From contig OZ024747.1 in the NCBI GenBank assembly GCA_964016885.1, forward strand, positions 93,434,001 through 93,498,000: a DNA stretch of 64,000 nt, read 5' to 3'. Both the position numbers and the translations under genes were made by a program. Shown here piece after piece: positions 1-12,745 of the stretch. The notes under the pieces were generated by a model, which was given only the letters and a program-made list of their open reading frames with translations, made no database searches and was not told the origin of the DNA. This stretch comes from Eledone cirrhosa. Taxonomy: Eukaryota. Positions within the stretch are counted from its first letter, which is position 1. Every line of letters begins with the position of its first letter.

Positions 1-140
1 TCAAGTACCAAAGAGACTTGTGTGTTTTATAGGGGATTTAATCTCATTAACCCAATTTATATATTTTTGGGTCAAATTTAATTAAATGACAATCAGTGGT
101 GAACCAACACCCATTTAAATAAAAACTGTTAGCTACTTAC

Positions 141-288
141 CAATGGAATTACATTAAGCGATGACATTGTTGTTAATTCACTTTTTCCATTCCTCACAAG
201 ACGTTGACGCTCAACTAATAGTTTCTCCAGATGACCAACTTCAATATTAACAGCTGTCCACAGCTCATATAGTTCATCCATCATTAAC
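141..288 (-). CDS. ITPRID2: ITPRID/KRAP-like gene exon, second half of the coiled coil (LMMDELYELWTAVNIEVGHLEKLLVERQRL...); gene continues left of the window
   Basis: cactttTAG acceptor, GTAAGT donor, 148 nt, phase 2->0; resembles KRAP L..LR..VR.EL..LE.QL.ER. Confidence 0.85.
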
Positions 289-330
289 CTAAAAGTGGGA
301 GAGATTTCAAGATATGTTTAACAATAAATA

Positions 331-331
331 A

Positions 332-385
<54 letters not shown>

Positions 386-470
386 GGTGATAATGATGAT
401 GGTGATGATGGTGATGTTGATAATGATGATGGTGATAATGATGATGATGATGGTAATGATGATGATGTTG
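331..470. repeat. (GAT)n / (GGT,GAT) microsatellite
   Basis: Directly visible. Confidence 0.95.
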
Positions 471-825
471 ACATTGCTTCAGCTCACCTAGTTACTAGGA
501 ATAGGTAACACATCATCTGAAAATAATAAATTTACTGCTCTATTCAGAGGTAGATTCTCTCCATATCCACGAAGACACTTCTGTTTCCGCTGCCCCACCC
601 ATCACCAGTGATACAACCACCACCACAATAGATTTACTGTGACCTTTTAGGTATCGGCCTTTAGACCAGTGAGCTAACAGTTATTCTATCAACAAAGCTT
701 AGTTATATATACATTTTAACACATTTACAACAAACATCCATCCCAAACCATCACACAATTTTACTGTGAATAACTGTTGTTTTTCCTATATTGTCACAAT
801 AACTTCAAAGCAAGTTATTAAGTAA

Positions 826-1041
826 TATAACCATTAGCATTTACATTACCCTATATATACTTTTGTATTTTTGTGTTAAAGGCTTTATCTCACACAATAT
901 CGAATTTACGAGATTTTGATATTATTTATTTTGAGAACAATACCTTAATAAAAGTATGAGCAGCCGATTATGGCTGGTTTGAACAGAAAGAGGTGAGAGA
1001 AATCTGACCAGTTATGGTCAGTTTAAATGCTAAAGGTTTAA
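826..1041. mobile_element. piggyBac-like MITE family (~220 bp); other copies near 2895-3081, 13837-14058, 22602-22780, 26467-26681, 33670-33866, 41796-42010, 42310-42531, 50254-50450, 58682-58909
   Basis: Terminal inverted repeat TTAA-CCCTTTAGCATTTA...TAAATGCTAAAGGG-TTAA (TTAA target + CCC end typical of piggyBac); shared internal sequence among about 10 copies. Confidence 0.75.
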
Positions 1042-1173
1042 CATAATGGCTATTGTTTATCATTCATACACGACGGCATTGCACACAGTGCCTTATAAGG
1101 CAAAGATCAATTCACATCCATTAAACCAACATTTACTACTACAATTCCTGCCATACATTACAATGAGCCACAC

Positions 1174-1214
<41 letters not shown>

Positions 1215-1551
1215 TTATTGTGTACAGTGCTCAGGTGCACTACAACTCATAAAAGGTGCATGTATAAAAAAAAAAAATTCCCACTTGTTAGAATTGGGGA
1301 ATAACCAACAACCTAATAATCATTTATACATGTTACACCTCTACCGCAACAACAACCACCACCACTACCCTGGGGCTGTGGAGGTATGTGTAACACATTT
1401 ACTTAACATGATGGAAGATGAAGTAAGCTTCAGTTCAATGTAGGCATTCATTGAGGAGGGGATAAAGAATGAGAGAGAGAAGGGGAGGAGGAGAAAGAGT
1501 GAGAGAGAGAAGGCGAGGGTGAGAGAGAGAGAGAGAGAGAGGTCTACTTAC

Positions 1552-1679
1552 GTTTCTTTCTCAGATAACAAGTCTGCCATGTGATTAAAACATGATAAAA
1601 ATGTACTTTCTATTATTTGTAAGTCAAATTTAAAACGTTGAACAGCATGTTGCATTAACTGGTTCTCTTCTTGTAAGTG
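1552..1679 (-). CDS. ITPRID2: ITPRID/KRAP-like gene exon, first half of the SSFA2_C-type coiled coil (HLQEENQLMQHAVQRFKFDLQIIE...SEKE)
   Basis: ctctttacAG acceptor, GTAAGT donor, 128 nt, phase 0->2; heptad pattern resembling the KRAP C-terminal ELQ.MRRSL..FR.QM..LE segment. Confidence 0.85.
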
Positions 1680-1864
1680 CTGTAAAGAGAAATGTCTTTG
1701 CTGTTTAACCCTTTGATATCAACCCACTCAAAACTGTCTCTGGTTCTATGAAACAAAACCACCCATTTTAAAGGGTTCCTGTTTAAATTAAAACCTTCCA
1801 ACATATATTTTTACCTTTTGTCAAGTTATGTTACAAATACAATCTTAATGCCAATCCAATCCAA

Positions 1865-2490
1865 TTCAGGGCCTTCTCACTCCTGTTGGAGGAACCCCTC
1901 CCCTGATTCAGGACCTTCTCACTACTGTTGGAGGAACCCCCCCCTGATTCAGGCCTTCTCACTACTGTTGGAGGAAACCCTCCCCTGATTCAGGACCTTC
2001 TCACTACTGTTGGAGGAACCCCTCCCTGATTCAGGCCTTCTCACTACTGTTGGAGGAACCCCTCCCTGATTCAGGACCTTCTCACTACTGTTGGAGGAAC
2101 CCCTCCCCTGATTCAGGACCTTCTCACTACTGTTGGAGGAACCCCTCCCTGATTCAGGCCTTCTCACTACTGTTGGAGGAAACCCTCCCCTGATTCAGAA
2201 CCTTCTCACTACTGTTGGAGGAACCCCTCCCTGATTCAGGACCTTCTCACTACTGTTGGAGGAACCCCTCCCCTGATTCAGGACCTTCTCACTACTGTTG
2301 GAGGAACCCCTCCCCTGATTCAGGCCTTCTCACTACTGTTGGAGGAACCCCTCTCTGATTCAGGACCTTCTCACTACTGTTGGAGGAACCCCTCCCTGAT
2401 TCAGGCCTTCTCACTACTGTTGGAGGAACCCCTCCCTGATTCAGGACCTTCTCACTACTGTTGGAGGAACCCCTCCCCTGATTCAGGCCT
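1865..2490. repeat. Minisatellite, ~39-42 bp unit (ttcaggaccttctcactactgttggaggaacccctcccctga), about 15 copies
   Basis: Directly visible near-perfect tandem array. Confidence 0.95.
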
Positions 2491-3107
2491 CCACAGCTTT
2501 TGGATTTGTTGATGTCTACAGAAGTGCAGCTGTACTCATGATGTTTGGACAAATGCAAGTTGGTGAGGTTATTTAACCCATAGTTGGGGTGGATGGCAGT
2601 TGACTCTGAGGAGTTCATCCTGTTGCTGGGGTTTCACTTACTCTCCTCACCAGACCAGTGTCTAGTTGAGGGAGCCAGTTTAGTTGCCGACCACTTAACC
2701 ATGGAGCAGGTTGTACTAGATTATATGGTACTAGTAGCAGGTAGAAGCCTAACCTGACATAAATCTTAATGCAATAATTGATAATTTCAGTAATTTTTTC
2801 TAAATTCGTCATTAATTGATTTAATGAAAGCATTAAAAAAACAAACAAACACAAAAGGATAACAAAATTTTAGTTTTCAAAACTGAATTATGATTTAACT
2901 CTCTAGCATTTACATTTCTCTATATTTACTACTGTAGTTTCACATAATATCGAATCTATGAGATTTTGATACTATTTATTTTGAGAACAATACCTTAACA
3001 TGGATATGAGCAGCTGGTTAGGACAGAAAGAGGTGAGAGAATTCTGGCTCAATACAGCCGGTTTAAATGCTAAAGGGTTAAACCATAGGTGACAAAAATA
3101 TACTTAC

Positions 3108-3185
3108 TACGTCAATAGGTTTTTCTGCCCAAATTTCAACTCTGACATGTGGAGTGTATGGCAGGAATGGATTATTCAAAAATGA
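3108..3185 (-). CDS. ITPRID2: ITPRID/KRAP-like gene exon (SFLNNPFLPYTPHVRVEIWAEKPIDV)
   Basis: tttttatttctAG acceptor, GTAAGT donor, 78 nt, phase 0->0. Confidence 0.8.
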
Positions 3186-3559
3186 CTAGAAATAAAAAAA
3201 AAACACCAACAATAATAATGAAATTAATTATTAAAAACGAAACAAAACGAAAAAACAACAATTAGCTTGTGGTAGTCAATGTAGTCATTAAAAACATATA
3301 TACACATTATAATCACTTTTATTATAATGATGGTTGTGGGTGAGGATAAAACACACCCAGCACACTCTGTAAAGTAGTTGGTGATAGGAAGAGCATCCAG
3401 TTGTAGAAAAACTTGCCAATCAAAGGGTTGAAAGGACATGACAACTTCTCTAGTACTGGTGCCCTGATAAAATGCACCCAGTGGACTCTGCAGTGTGCAG
3501 GAATGTATGTAAGCAAAATGTGACACTTGGGCCCTCAGAGAGGTCAGTAGCTCTGAGCA

Positions 3560-4030
3560 ATAAAGCCGCAACAGAGGCCAACCCCAACAGTTGTTAAAGT
3601 ATGGGTCAGACTACAACTGCAGGAACCTTATTTCATGCCCACTAGATAATGAATACCTGTGTAAGAATATGGTATACCAATGTAAGGTTAACAACCACAA
3701 CTCAACATATACCTATGTCGGGGCAACCGACCATCTTTAAGGACCACTGGTATAACCACTGCCACACCTTCAAAAGGAGAAGTGTAAAAGTACAGCCCTC
3801 TCTGAGCTGATCTGGAAGTGCAAGTTAGATAGAACACAGTATTCACTGGAATGGTCTAAAGTCCATGAGGTGTCTCCTGACCATGGCAGGTCCTCTGTCT
3901 GTAATCTCTGTCTCAGTGAAACCTTTGAAATTCTTAATCATGGACCACAGCTGATTAACATAAGGGCAGATTTCTTTGGTGGTTTTCTACACCTAAAATT
4001 AGGAACCTTCCTTAAGCGATATGAAAGGTA
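3560..4030 (+). mobile_element. Penelope-like retroelement relic, GIY-YIG endonuclease (frameshifted)
   Basis: Translates as YNCRNLISCPLDNEYLCKNMVYQCKV...TYVGAT..FKDHWYNHCHTF...STALSELIW...CNLCLSE..ILN..LINIR, the CxC...CPL...VY...YIG...H...CNLCL pattern of Neptune-type PLE endonucleases. Confidence 0.8.
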
Positions 4031-4189
4031 AATTTATGTAGCAGCAGTAACAGAAAATCCCTCTCCTTTCCCTGATTATTATAGACTAGAATTATTCATG
4101 TGCATCTTACAACTTTACAAAAGCTAGAGTAAGTAATAAACAATACCACGTGGGGTTACCCTACACACATTAACCATGCAGATATAAAG

Positions 4190-4515
4190 GGTAAAGACCC
4201 CTTTTGGTCATGAATTTGCACCTAGAAAGTTCCCTTTCGAGGCACAAGTCCGGGCAAGGTAGGTTGTGGAAGACCAGCAGTCGCCCATACATACCATGCT
4301 CCCCTCTCCACGCCATCGATGTTGTCCAAGGGAAAGGTTAAAGGTTGATACAGCTTGGCACCAGTGACATCGCAACTCATTTCTACAGTTGAGTGAACTG
4401 GAGCAATGTGAAATAAAGTATCTTGCTTAAGAACACAATGCAAAGCCCAGTCCGAGAATCGAACTCACAACCTCATGATTGTAAGCCAGACACCCTAACC
4501 ACTAAGCCATGCACT
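4190..4515 (-). mobile_element. tRNA-derived SINE family B; other copies near 27378-27640(+), 30453-30600(+), 34698-35017(+), 51262-51395(+), 61480-61710(-), fragments 19255-19350, 21865-21944
   Basis: tRNA-like head (TGGCTTAGTGGTTAG...GTGAGTTCGATT) followed by conserved GTGTTSTTGAGCAAGACACTTTATTTCACATTGCTCCAG core. Confidence 0.8.
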
Positions 4516-5653
4516 TTCACATGAATATAAAAGACAGTATATCATGATAGACTTAACTAAACACACTCTAAGCTACACTAGAAACTGAATTACAATCACA
4601 AATTCCTAATAACACTTACTTAACCAAAGTTATTATACACACTCTAACAACTGGCTACATTCATCAAACCTTGTTAATCAGACCTTCTCATATATATTGG
4701 CAGAGTCGTTAGAACGTCAGATAGAATTCTTTATGGTATTTGTTCTGGCTCTCGGCTCTCTGAGTTCAAATCCTGCTGAGGTCAACTTTGCCTTTCATCC
4801 TTTCAAAGTCGATAAAAAAAGTACCAGTCTAGTACTGGGGCGATTCTTCCTCTATATCTCTTTCCCACTTTCTATCTTTCTCTGGAAGAAATCTGCTGTA
4901 CTGAGCCAGGCTTTAAATGCCCAAGAAACGCTGTATGTCAATACGGCACCACTACGCTCCATCAAGAGTTACGGGATCATACATACATACATATATATAA
5001 TATAATCCTAGAGTGTCAGTATATCCTCACTGTGCAGATTGAGAAATCTAATGTAATTAATAACCCCTTCATCCCTATAAGTTCAAAGTAAACATAACAC
5101 TTATAAATACTTTCTTTATTCCTCATTATTTATGTCACACACATATATGTATCTACATTTTCATATAATAATGAAATTATTTAGTTACATCCTTACATAT
5201 TTTCACCTTATTGTCATGAGTGGATTTAAAATAGGATACATGAACACTCATTTAGGTCATAATTGTGATTACTACTACAACCACAACTGCTATTAGAATT
5301 ACAATTAGTCGATTGTTAAACAAAATAGCATGCAGTATTTAATTACGTTTCTTTATCATATGAGTTTGATTCCTGTTCAGTGGCGTGTCTAGGGCACTTT
5401 TAAACATGGTGGAGCCCAACCCTCTCCAGGTCTGAACACAATTGATTTTTTTCTATAGAGGAAGATTCGACCCATCCCAGTACTGGACTGGTACTTTTTT
5501 TATTGACCTTAAAAGGATGAAAGACAAAGTTAACCATGGAGGGATTTGAACTCAGAGCGCGCAATGGGGTGGGACGAATACCGTAAAGCATTCTATCTGA
5601 TGTCTTAATGACTGTGGATACATATAAACAAATAAAAAGGATTGCCAACTTAC

Positions 5654-6436
5654 CTGTATGAATGTCTTCCGGTTTGTCAGCTTTAGAAGTTTTCTATATT
5701 CTATCACATTTTTGCTGGTATCATCTCTCCGGCTTACAGACCAACTATTTAGCATGTAAGCTGGTGAATCACTTTCTCTTACATTATACTGGCTATTCTG
5801 ATTTCTTGAACAAATTTGACTTTCCAAGACGTTAGTTCCAGTGGATTCCAGCTCCCTGAAACTGCAACCTAATCTTCTAGACCTTTCTATATCGTTGCTA
5901 TTCCATTTTTGATTATTGTAGGAGTCATTATCACAGAACAAAATATGTCCATCAGAAACGAACAGATTGAGAAGAGAAGTTTCTCTCTTGCTTGTTAAGC
6001 AAGTGTTCACTTCTGAAGTCCAGTCTGTTATGGGGGAGAAATTATTGGAAGCATCGATATGGAGAGATATACCATGTTCCGTAGAAACTGTTGATTGGTA
6101 AGGTACAGTAGAGTGTAGATGAGCACAAACTTGATTAGATTTAACACACCAAGTACAGAAGCAACAGCTTTCTGTCTGACTGGCCATAGATTGTTTTATG
6201 TAAGATTCAGTTGAAACACTTCTATCAGATTTACAGATTTGGTCAGTGCCAACAGATTTATCACAAGGACACTGAGAAGAAGATGACGATGAAGACGCAG
6301 CAAGGTCTTTGACTGTTGTGTCGGAATTGATACTAAGTCTTTTATAAATCCCTGAAGAGACGGTTTCACTGCTATCATAACTTCCTCGATCAGTAGAGAA
6401 AGTTTCACTACAGTCGTAACTTCTTTGACCTCCAAC
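5654..6436 (-). CDS. ITPRID2: ITPRID/KRAP-like gene large exon (VGGQRSYDC...NRKTFIQ)
   Basis: cttacAG acceptor, CAG|GTAAGT donor, 783 nt = 261 codons with no stop, phase 0->0; includes most of ORF 5552..6187. Confidence 0.85.
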
Positions 6437-6564
6437 CTGTAAGTTGATAAGATGAAAAAAAGATGAATATCTTTGCTGGGAAAGAGAAAGTAATGAGAGA
6501 GCAGAATATTGAGAATATATATATATATATATATATAGTCAATGTATATATATATATATATAAA

Positions 6565-6943
6565 GTCAATGACACACGACCGTGACTTCTGGCGTCACGC
6601 AGTAATACAGGGTACCCGACCTCCCATGGGTACATGCTGAAGCATATAAACAATATGCCCCCCCCCCCCACCGCAAGGTGGTCGTGGAGGTGCCACGGCA
6701 AAAAAGCACCCAGCCCACACTGTAAAGTGGACGTGTAGGCGCCACGAAAAAGCACCCAGCACTCACTGTAAATGAGGTTGGTGTTAGGAAGGGCATCCAG
6801 CTGTAGAAATCAAGCCAGATCAGTTCCTGTATGAGCAAGGCATGGTCAGCCGACCAGACACTGCCCACAACAGGACAACCCGTCTAACCCATGCTAGCGT
6901 GGAAGAACGGACGTAAAACGGTGATGATGATGATGATGATGAT
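6565..6943 (+). mobile_element. RTE-tail-derived non-autonomous element ending in (GAT)n; similar copies near 17990-18268, 22826-23053, 30620-30900, 51395-51548, 63512-63880(-), 63895-64000(-)
   Basis: Shared GGTTGGTGTTAGGAAGGGCATCCAGC...AACCCATGCTAGCGTGGAA...GGACGTAAAACG(ATG)n end, closely matching the 3' UTR of the RTE copies at 17320-17712 and 35781-36290. Confidence 0.75.
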
Positions 6944-7282
6944 ATATATATAGAGAGAGAGAGATCAGGGTAAGTGAAATATGATCTTTAACAGTTGCAA
7001 ACTGATCCTGGCTCAGGTGTAAAGATAAGCGAGTATTATAGTTTACTTAAAGAGATGAGAGAGTGTTAGATATAACATTCACTTAAGATATAGTGTCAGT
7101 AATATATGTATGTATATATATATATATACACATACACACACACACAAGCCGAGGCCACTTGGCACTGTGGTTGGGATTTTATCTATTTCTATACCCACTC
7201 TGCATCTCCCCATGCTTTGAGTACTCCCATGATTAGTGGTCTCCCCAGTCTCAGCACTGCAGATTATATATATATATATATA

Positions 7283-7472
7283 ATAATTGTTTCTACTTTA
7301 GGCACAAGGCCAGCAATTACCCAGTGCATTACTGGTACTTTATTTTATCGACCCCGTAAGGATGAAAGGCAAAGTCAACCTCGGCGGGATTTGAACTCAG
7401 ATCGTAAAGGGACGTAACTATGCTGGAAAGCATGGCGTCCGACCCTCTACCGATACTGCCAATCCACCGCCC
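7283..7472 (-). mobile_element. tRNA-derived SINE family A (~190 bp); other copies 7565-7752, 19362-19533, 25116-25294, 29703-29848, 38618-38794, 49415-49618, 54170-54361, 55440-55642 (all -), 35059-35241 (+), older copies 4697-4840, 5475-5600, 21255-21345
   Basis: A/B-box-like head (GGATTGGCAGTATCGGTAGA...GAGTTCAAATCC), core GTTRACTTTGCCTTTCATCC...GGTCGATAAAATAAAGTACC; clear TSDs, e.g. taatacatagaataat around 7565-7752 and aattctctaatcaataat around 19362-19533. Confidence 0.85.
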
Positions 7473-8266
7473 TGGTGGATATATACATAATAATGAAGTT
7501 ATTGTGTACAGTGCTCAGGTGCACTACAACTCATCAAAGGTGGATGTATAATACATAGAATAATTGTTTCTACTTTAGGCATAAGGCCAGCAATTATCCC
7601 AGTGTATTACTGGTACTTTATTTTATCGACCCCGTAAGTATGAAAGGCAAAGTTAACCTCGGCGGGATTTGAACTCAGAATGGCAAGGGCTGTAACTCTA
7701 TGCGTCAAAGCATGGCATCCAACCCTCTACCGATACTGCCAATCCACCGCCCTAATACATAGAATAATGTCAGAAAAGTGAACAGTGTATGAGTCATGAA
7801 ATACATGTGTGTGTGTGATTGGAGGGGGATATCAGGTGTAGTGTTGGCAAATTTCAGGAAGCATGGAGGTTTTAAAGAGAGAGAGAGAGAGAGTGGGCGG
7901 GGGGGGGGGTATTGTGAGAAATAGAGAAAGAAGAAGAGTAGTGAAGAAATAAGATAGTGATAGAGAGAAGAAAGATAACTTGAGTAAGATATGAGGACCA
8001 TGTGGTGAATAATCAGTCTACATTAAGATAGGCAGGCAGGCAATCAAATTGATGAAGATGGTGATAATGATGAGTGAGAGGTGGAGAGGAGGAGGTTATG
8101 ATAAAGAGTATAAGGATAACCGAGATAGTTATGACAACAATGATGATGAAAGAAAGAAAGGAAAACAGAATCTGAAGAAAAATTAAACATTTTTGTTGGT
8201 ATCAATTGAATCTTTGAAATAAATATTTTTTTGTTTTAAATGAAGAAACAAAGTAAAAATATTTAC

Positions 8267-8376
8267 ATCATTGGTAGACAGTGCTTCAAAGTATGACATT
8301 GGTGGCTCTACTAGACTGTCAGGTTCTATAAACCCGCTACTATCAGATTGAGCACTTCCAGTCCGGTAAATAGATG
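8267..8376 (-). CDS. ITPRID2: ITPRID/KRAP-like gene exon (SIYRTGSAQSDSSGFIEPD...STND)
   Basis: cttttcacAG acceptor, GTAAAT donor, 110 nt, phase 1->0; SxQSDSSGFxE is a conserved ITPRID1/2 motif. Confidence 0.85.
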
Positions 8377-8789
8377 CTGTGAAAAGATAACATGTAAGTG
8401 GAATAGATTCAAATAAAGAGATGATAATACTTAGAAATGTCAAAAAAAAAAAATAAAAAAAAAAAAAAACAACAACAACAAATAAATAATTTTAAAAAAA
8501 AGCCTCTTATTGTTAAACTACACAACAAAAATGTCAAGAACTGATACCTCACAAGATATATCATATAATCATTATCATATAATTATATATTTTTAATAGT
8601 ATGGATCTTTCATTTCTTGTTAAATCTATTCATTTATAATGATCTGTATAAAAGATGTACATGAAATTACATAATAGCAAAGTTCACAAATATGCTGACA
8701 ATAAAGATGGCTTGTAATTACAAATACAAATGTCATGGTTGTCGAAATTCAACACATACACACATATATCTCTATTAATTACATATATA

Positions 8790-8868
8790 CAGGGTGTCTC
8801 ACAAAAATGTATACACACTTTGATTAAAATGCTGTTGAAGTATGTATATAATTTTTGGGGACATCCTG
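8790..8868. mobile_element. Tc1/mariner-type MITE (second copy 51550-51640)
   Basis: TA|CAGGGTGTCTC...GGGACATCCTG|TA terminal inverted repeats with TA flanks. Confidence 0.65.
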
Positions 8869-8969
8869 TATTTCACATGAAAATACAGGATCAAAACGAA
8901 AGAAAACATATATTATGTCAACACTAAGTGTGTCAATTGTCACACACCACAAAGGGTGCGCAACCTTCC

Positions 8970-9200
8970 TCTAATACTTTTTGAGGTAAGCCAACACACT
9001 GGCAGTGTTACTGAAAGTAATAGTGAGGCTGAGGCACTGGAACAACCAAGCACCCTCACAAGCATCACTTGATACCTCAGTTCAATGACCTATCAATGGT
9101 GACAAGAACTTTATTGTCAGCAGCCCAGCTCCACCAAACGTTTTGAATGCCACAGGCTGGAAAATATAGTTTGTCAATAATTATATATTATATAATTATA
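8970..9200 (-). mobile_element. CRE-clade non-LTR retrotransposon relic (C-terminal restriction-like endonuclease region)
   Basis: TNYIFQPVAFKTFGGAG...EGAWLFQCLSLTITFSNTASVLA matches the CRE-type F.PVA.ET.G...L.QRLS.A..RGNAASV motif; internal stop. Confidence 0.65.
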
Positions 9201-9459
9201 TATAATATAATTACTGTAATTTACTGATGCCAGTGAAAGTAAATTGGTATTGTACAGTGTAGATATTCATTCTGTTATTCTTTTACTGGTTTTAGTTATT
9301 AGACTGCGGACATGCTGTAGCACTAATTGGATTTAGTTGATCATATCAACCCGGAACTTATTTTTTTCAAGCCTGGTTCTTATTTTATCAATCTTTTATT
9401 TGTCAAACGACTAAGTTATGGGACATAAATAGAGACTTAAACATTCATACATACATATG

Positions 9460-9525
<66 letters not shown>

Positions 9526-9860
9526 CACATACATACATACACACACATACATATGTACATATGAGCGTGAGGAGGTTACATTGACCTTTCTGGTCACAGA
9601 GTGTGACAACCTGACCAACCCATCCCAGCATGGAAAACATGTTTTAAAATAATGATGATGGTAGACCGAAGTATCCACTCTTCTTCTCCATGATGATGAT
9701 CATCATCACCACTACCACCATCACCATCATCGTCATTATGATCAGCAGTGTTGTGGGAGAAGAGTTCTAAGTTCAAGGTCAATTTCAGTTTAACATCAGG
9801 ACTCAAGTTTATCATAATCTATAAAGCTCAGTGTATGGACATGCTCCTTTGTTATAGAAA

Positions 9861-11321
9861 TCTACGATATAGAATTTCTTCAACTGAAATTTACAATTCA
9901 GTATTCGAAATAGCTTCGATTGCGTCTTGGCACATATGATTTTTTCAATTTCACCCACAATTACGCAAAAAATAGATAAAACTCAATATTTTACGATTTT
10001 CTCTCTCATTTAAACTGCTAAACTCTTTCCATTACCATTCAAAATCTATACACTTCATACTTTCTGCTACTTTCTTTTTCCAAGCTTGATGGTGATACTG
10101 TCCGTTTTACTCTCTCATACTATCTGCTTTCCTCTATCTACAACCCACACATTTTGCTACTTTCTCTTTTATACTTCAAACTTACTGATTTATTTCCAAA
10201 CGCATACAAACACACACTCACTTCAAATGATAAAAAAACATTTACAGCAATTAAACAACGTGCGTGATTTATAACCACACTAACTTTTAGTTGCGTCAAA
10301 CTTAATGATTTATTTACAAACACATACAAACACACACTCAAGAGAGAAGAGAGTGAGAGGGAGAGAGAGAGAGAACGTTTATTATTACATAAAGTATCAG
10401 TAATGTACTGGGTAATTGCTGGCCTTGTGCCAAAAAAGTAGAAACAATTATTACATTTCATACGAAACGACAATTATTCAAAAGCAACAGATACATTTAT
10501 TCAACAACAAGCGATAAATCTTTTTTAAAACCTCTCAACGAACGTGGATTCTTACAGACTTTGAGTCGAATCGGTTTGAAATTGTGCAAATGTATAAACA
10601 TGGAACATGTGCACACACACAACAACAACAACAATCTGCCTTTTATAGATAATGATAAACAATAATATCCTCTATGAAGTCACTAAACCTGCTAGAAACA
10701 GCAGCTAACTCTCCCCCATACCACACCCCTCCCTACTGTCTTAAATTTAGAAAACATATCTTCTATGAGGTCACTAAACCTGCTAGAAACAGCAGCTAAC
10801 TCTCCCCCATATCACACCACTCCCTACTGTCTTAAATTTAGAAAACACATATCCTCTATGAGGTTACTAAACCTGCTAGAAACAGCAGCTAACTCTCCCC
10901 CATATCACACCACTCCCTACTGTCTTAAATTTAGAAAACACATATCCTCTATGAGGTCACTAAACCTGCTAGAAACAACAGCTAACTCTCCCTCATATGA
11001 CAACCCTCCCTACTGTCTTAAATTTAGAAAACACACAGACAACCATGCAGAACAACTCCATCGCAGCTCTGTTGTCCGGCTGGCATCGTCTACGCGCATG
11101 TTGCGCAAGTACTGTGAAACAATAAATTTCAACACTTTTTTGCACAGAGATAATATCCATAGGCGAAACTACAATTGTCACTGCTGGCGCAGCTCCTGCT
11201 TCCAGGTCTGCAATTCATTCACCCAGTGCCTGGCAGACAAAAAAGTGCTGCCATAAAATGGGTGGTGCAACCTAACTTTGGTAACTTAATGACCCCGAGC
11301 AACGTCGGGCTTTAATGCTAG
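9861..11321 (+). mobile_element. Non-autonomous Helitron-like element
   Basis: A|TCTACGATATAG 5' end, 3' hairpin CCCGA-GCAACG-TCGGG followed by CTAG|T; the 5' boundary is less certain. Confidence 0.55.
10666..11035. repeat. Tandem repeat, ~90-93 bp x4
   Basis: Unit atatcctctatgaggtcactaaacctgctagaaacagcagctaactctcccc...ttaaatttagaaaac; explains the repetitive ORF 10765..11256. Confidence 0.9.
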
Positions 11322-11924
11322 TATTTTATACTCTTACTTTAGATTTTAACAAGTAACATTAATGTGTCCTTTGTCGGAGGAGGATACTTTGTAAAGCTAG
11401 TTTGAATGTTGTTTCCTTTAAGTACTGATAATACATAAAGATTGCTTCAAGTGATTAAAATATATTGAAATGACATTTACTTTTGCAGATTTTGTGAAAG
11501 TCAAGAGTCCAGCTGTGTGTGAATGTGTGTGCATGTGTATGTGCATGTATGCAACTTTCAAAGATAACCAATGCATATGCTAAAGGAGTGTCTAGGTATT
11601 TTAAAGGAAAATGGCTGAATAGATAAAGTATTCTGTTACCAATGTTGTGGTGTTGTGTTCAAATCAACAGCAACTTAACTCTTAACATCCTGTATTATTT
11701 GAACTCATATTAGCAAGACAGTCTTGAAAAGTACAAAACAATAGTATTACTGAATCACATTAAAAATTAAAGTTTTTATTCAAATATTGCAAATTTCGCA
11801 ATGATTTGTCCATTAGTAAAAATACTCTAAACATCTGAATAAATAAACCACAAGAAACTGCATTAAGAAGTACAAAACAACACCATGACTGCACCATATT
11901 AACAATTAAAATCTTCAAATTTAA

Positions 11925-12155
11925 ATTTTCACAACAGTTTCTGAAGCATGGAACAAACTACCTGCATCGGTTGTTAGCTGTAGAAACACTGCATCCTTCA
12001 AAACTTCCATGCCTCCCAAATATCTGTCTGTATATCATGACTCATACACTTTCCTGTCATTTGTACATTATTCTATGTACTATAAATGCACCTTTGATGA
12101 ATTGTAATGCACCTGAGCACTGTACACAATAATTTTCCTTATTATTGTTATTATT
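11925..12155 (+). mobile_element. CR1-type LINE 3' end; other copies (-) 1205-1262, 7490-7880, 24560-24780, 60878-61195
   Basis: Encodes EAWNKLPASVVSCRNTASFKTSM (CR1 ORF2 C-terminal WNxLP...FK motif) followed by 3' UTR and (ATT)n tail. Confidence 0.7.
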
Positions 12156-12584
12156 TGTCCACTAGTACAGATACATTTGAATTAACAGATGTGCTTCTTT
12201 AGATATTTTCTACTAAATCATTACAGGATGTTAAGAATTAATATATCAAAGTGTGAACTGTTTACATTACCACCCCATGAATATGAAAGTGTGGGGCTCT
12301 GTAGTTAGGGTGTCTGGCCCATGATTGTAAAGTTGTCACTTCAATTCTTAAATTAAAGATCAGATGTTTGATGGCTTAGTTTTCATAGCAGAACATGTTA
12401 AAGAATTAAAAAAGAAATTCTAAATGTGGAAACAAACCTAGAACCAAGAAGACTTAAAGTAAATCTAACAAAGACTAAAGCTTTAATCAGTAGGAATGAA
12501 GACAGTACTCTACTATTATCAAGGAAGTGGCCATGCTTGATTTGTAAAAAAAAAGGAGTAAATAGGAATTTCATATGATATATC

Positions 12585-12745
12585 CATTCAACTAATATTT
12601 CATATAGAAGACCTTACAGCAGAGATTGTTCAGCTAATATTAGAAAACGCTACAGCAGAGATTGTTCAGCTAATATTTCAAACAGAAAACCCTACATCAG
12701 AGATTGTTCAACTTATATTTCATACATAAGACCCTACATCTAGAA
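12585..12745. repeat. Tandem repeat ~40 bp x4 following an RTE fragment (12350-12590)
   Basis: Unit ttcagctaatatttcatatagaagaccctacagcagagattg. Confidence 0.8.

Noticed and set aside
1865-2490. Regular ~40-bp repeats resembling a CRISPR array
   Set aside because: No unique spacers, no cas genes, eukaryotic context; it is a tandem minisatellite.
6196-6435. 79-aa ORF MEVKEVTT...
   Set aside because: Alternate frame of the real 5654-6436 exon.
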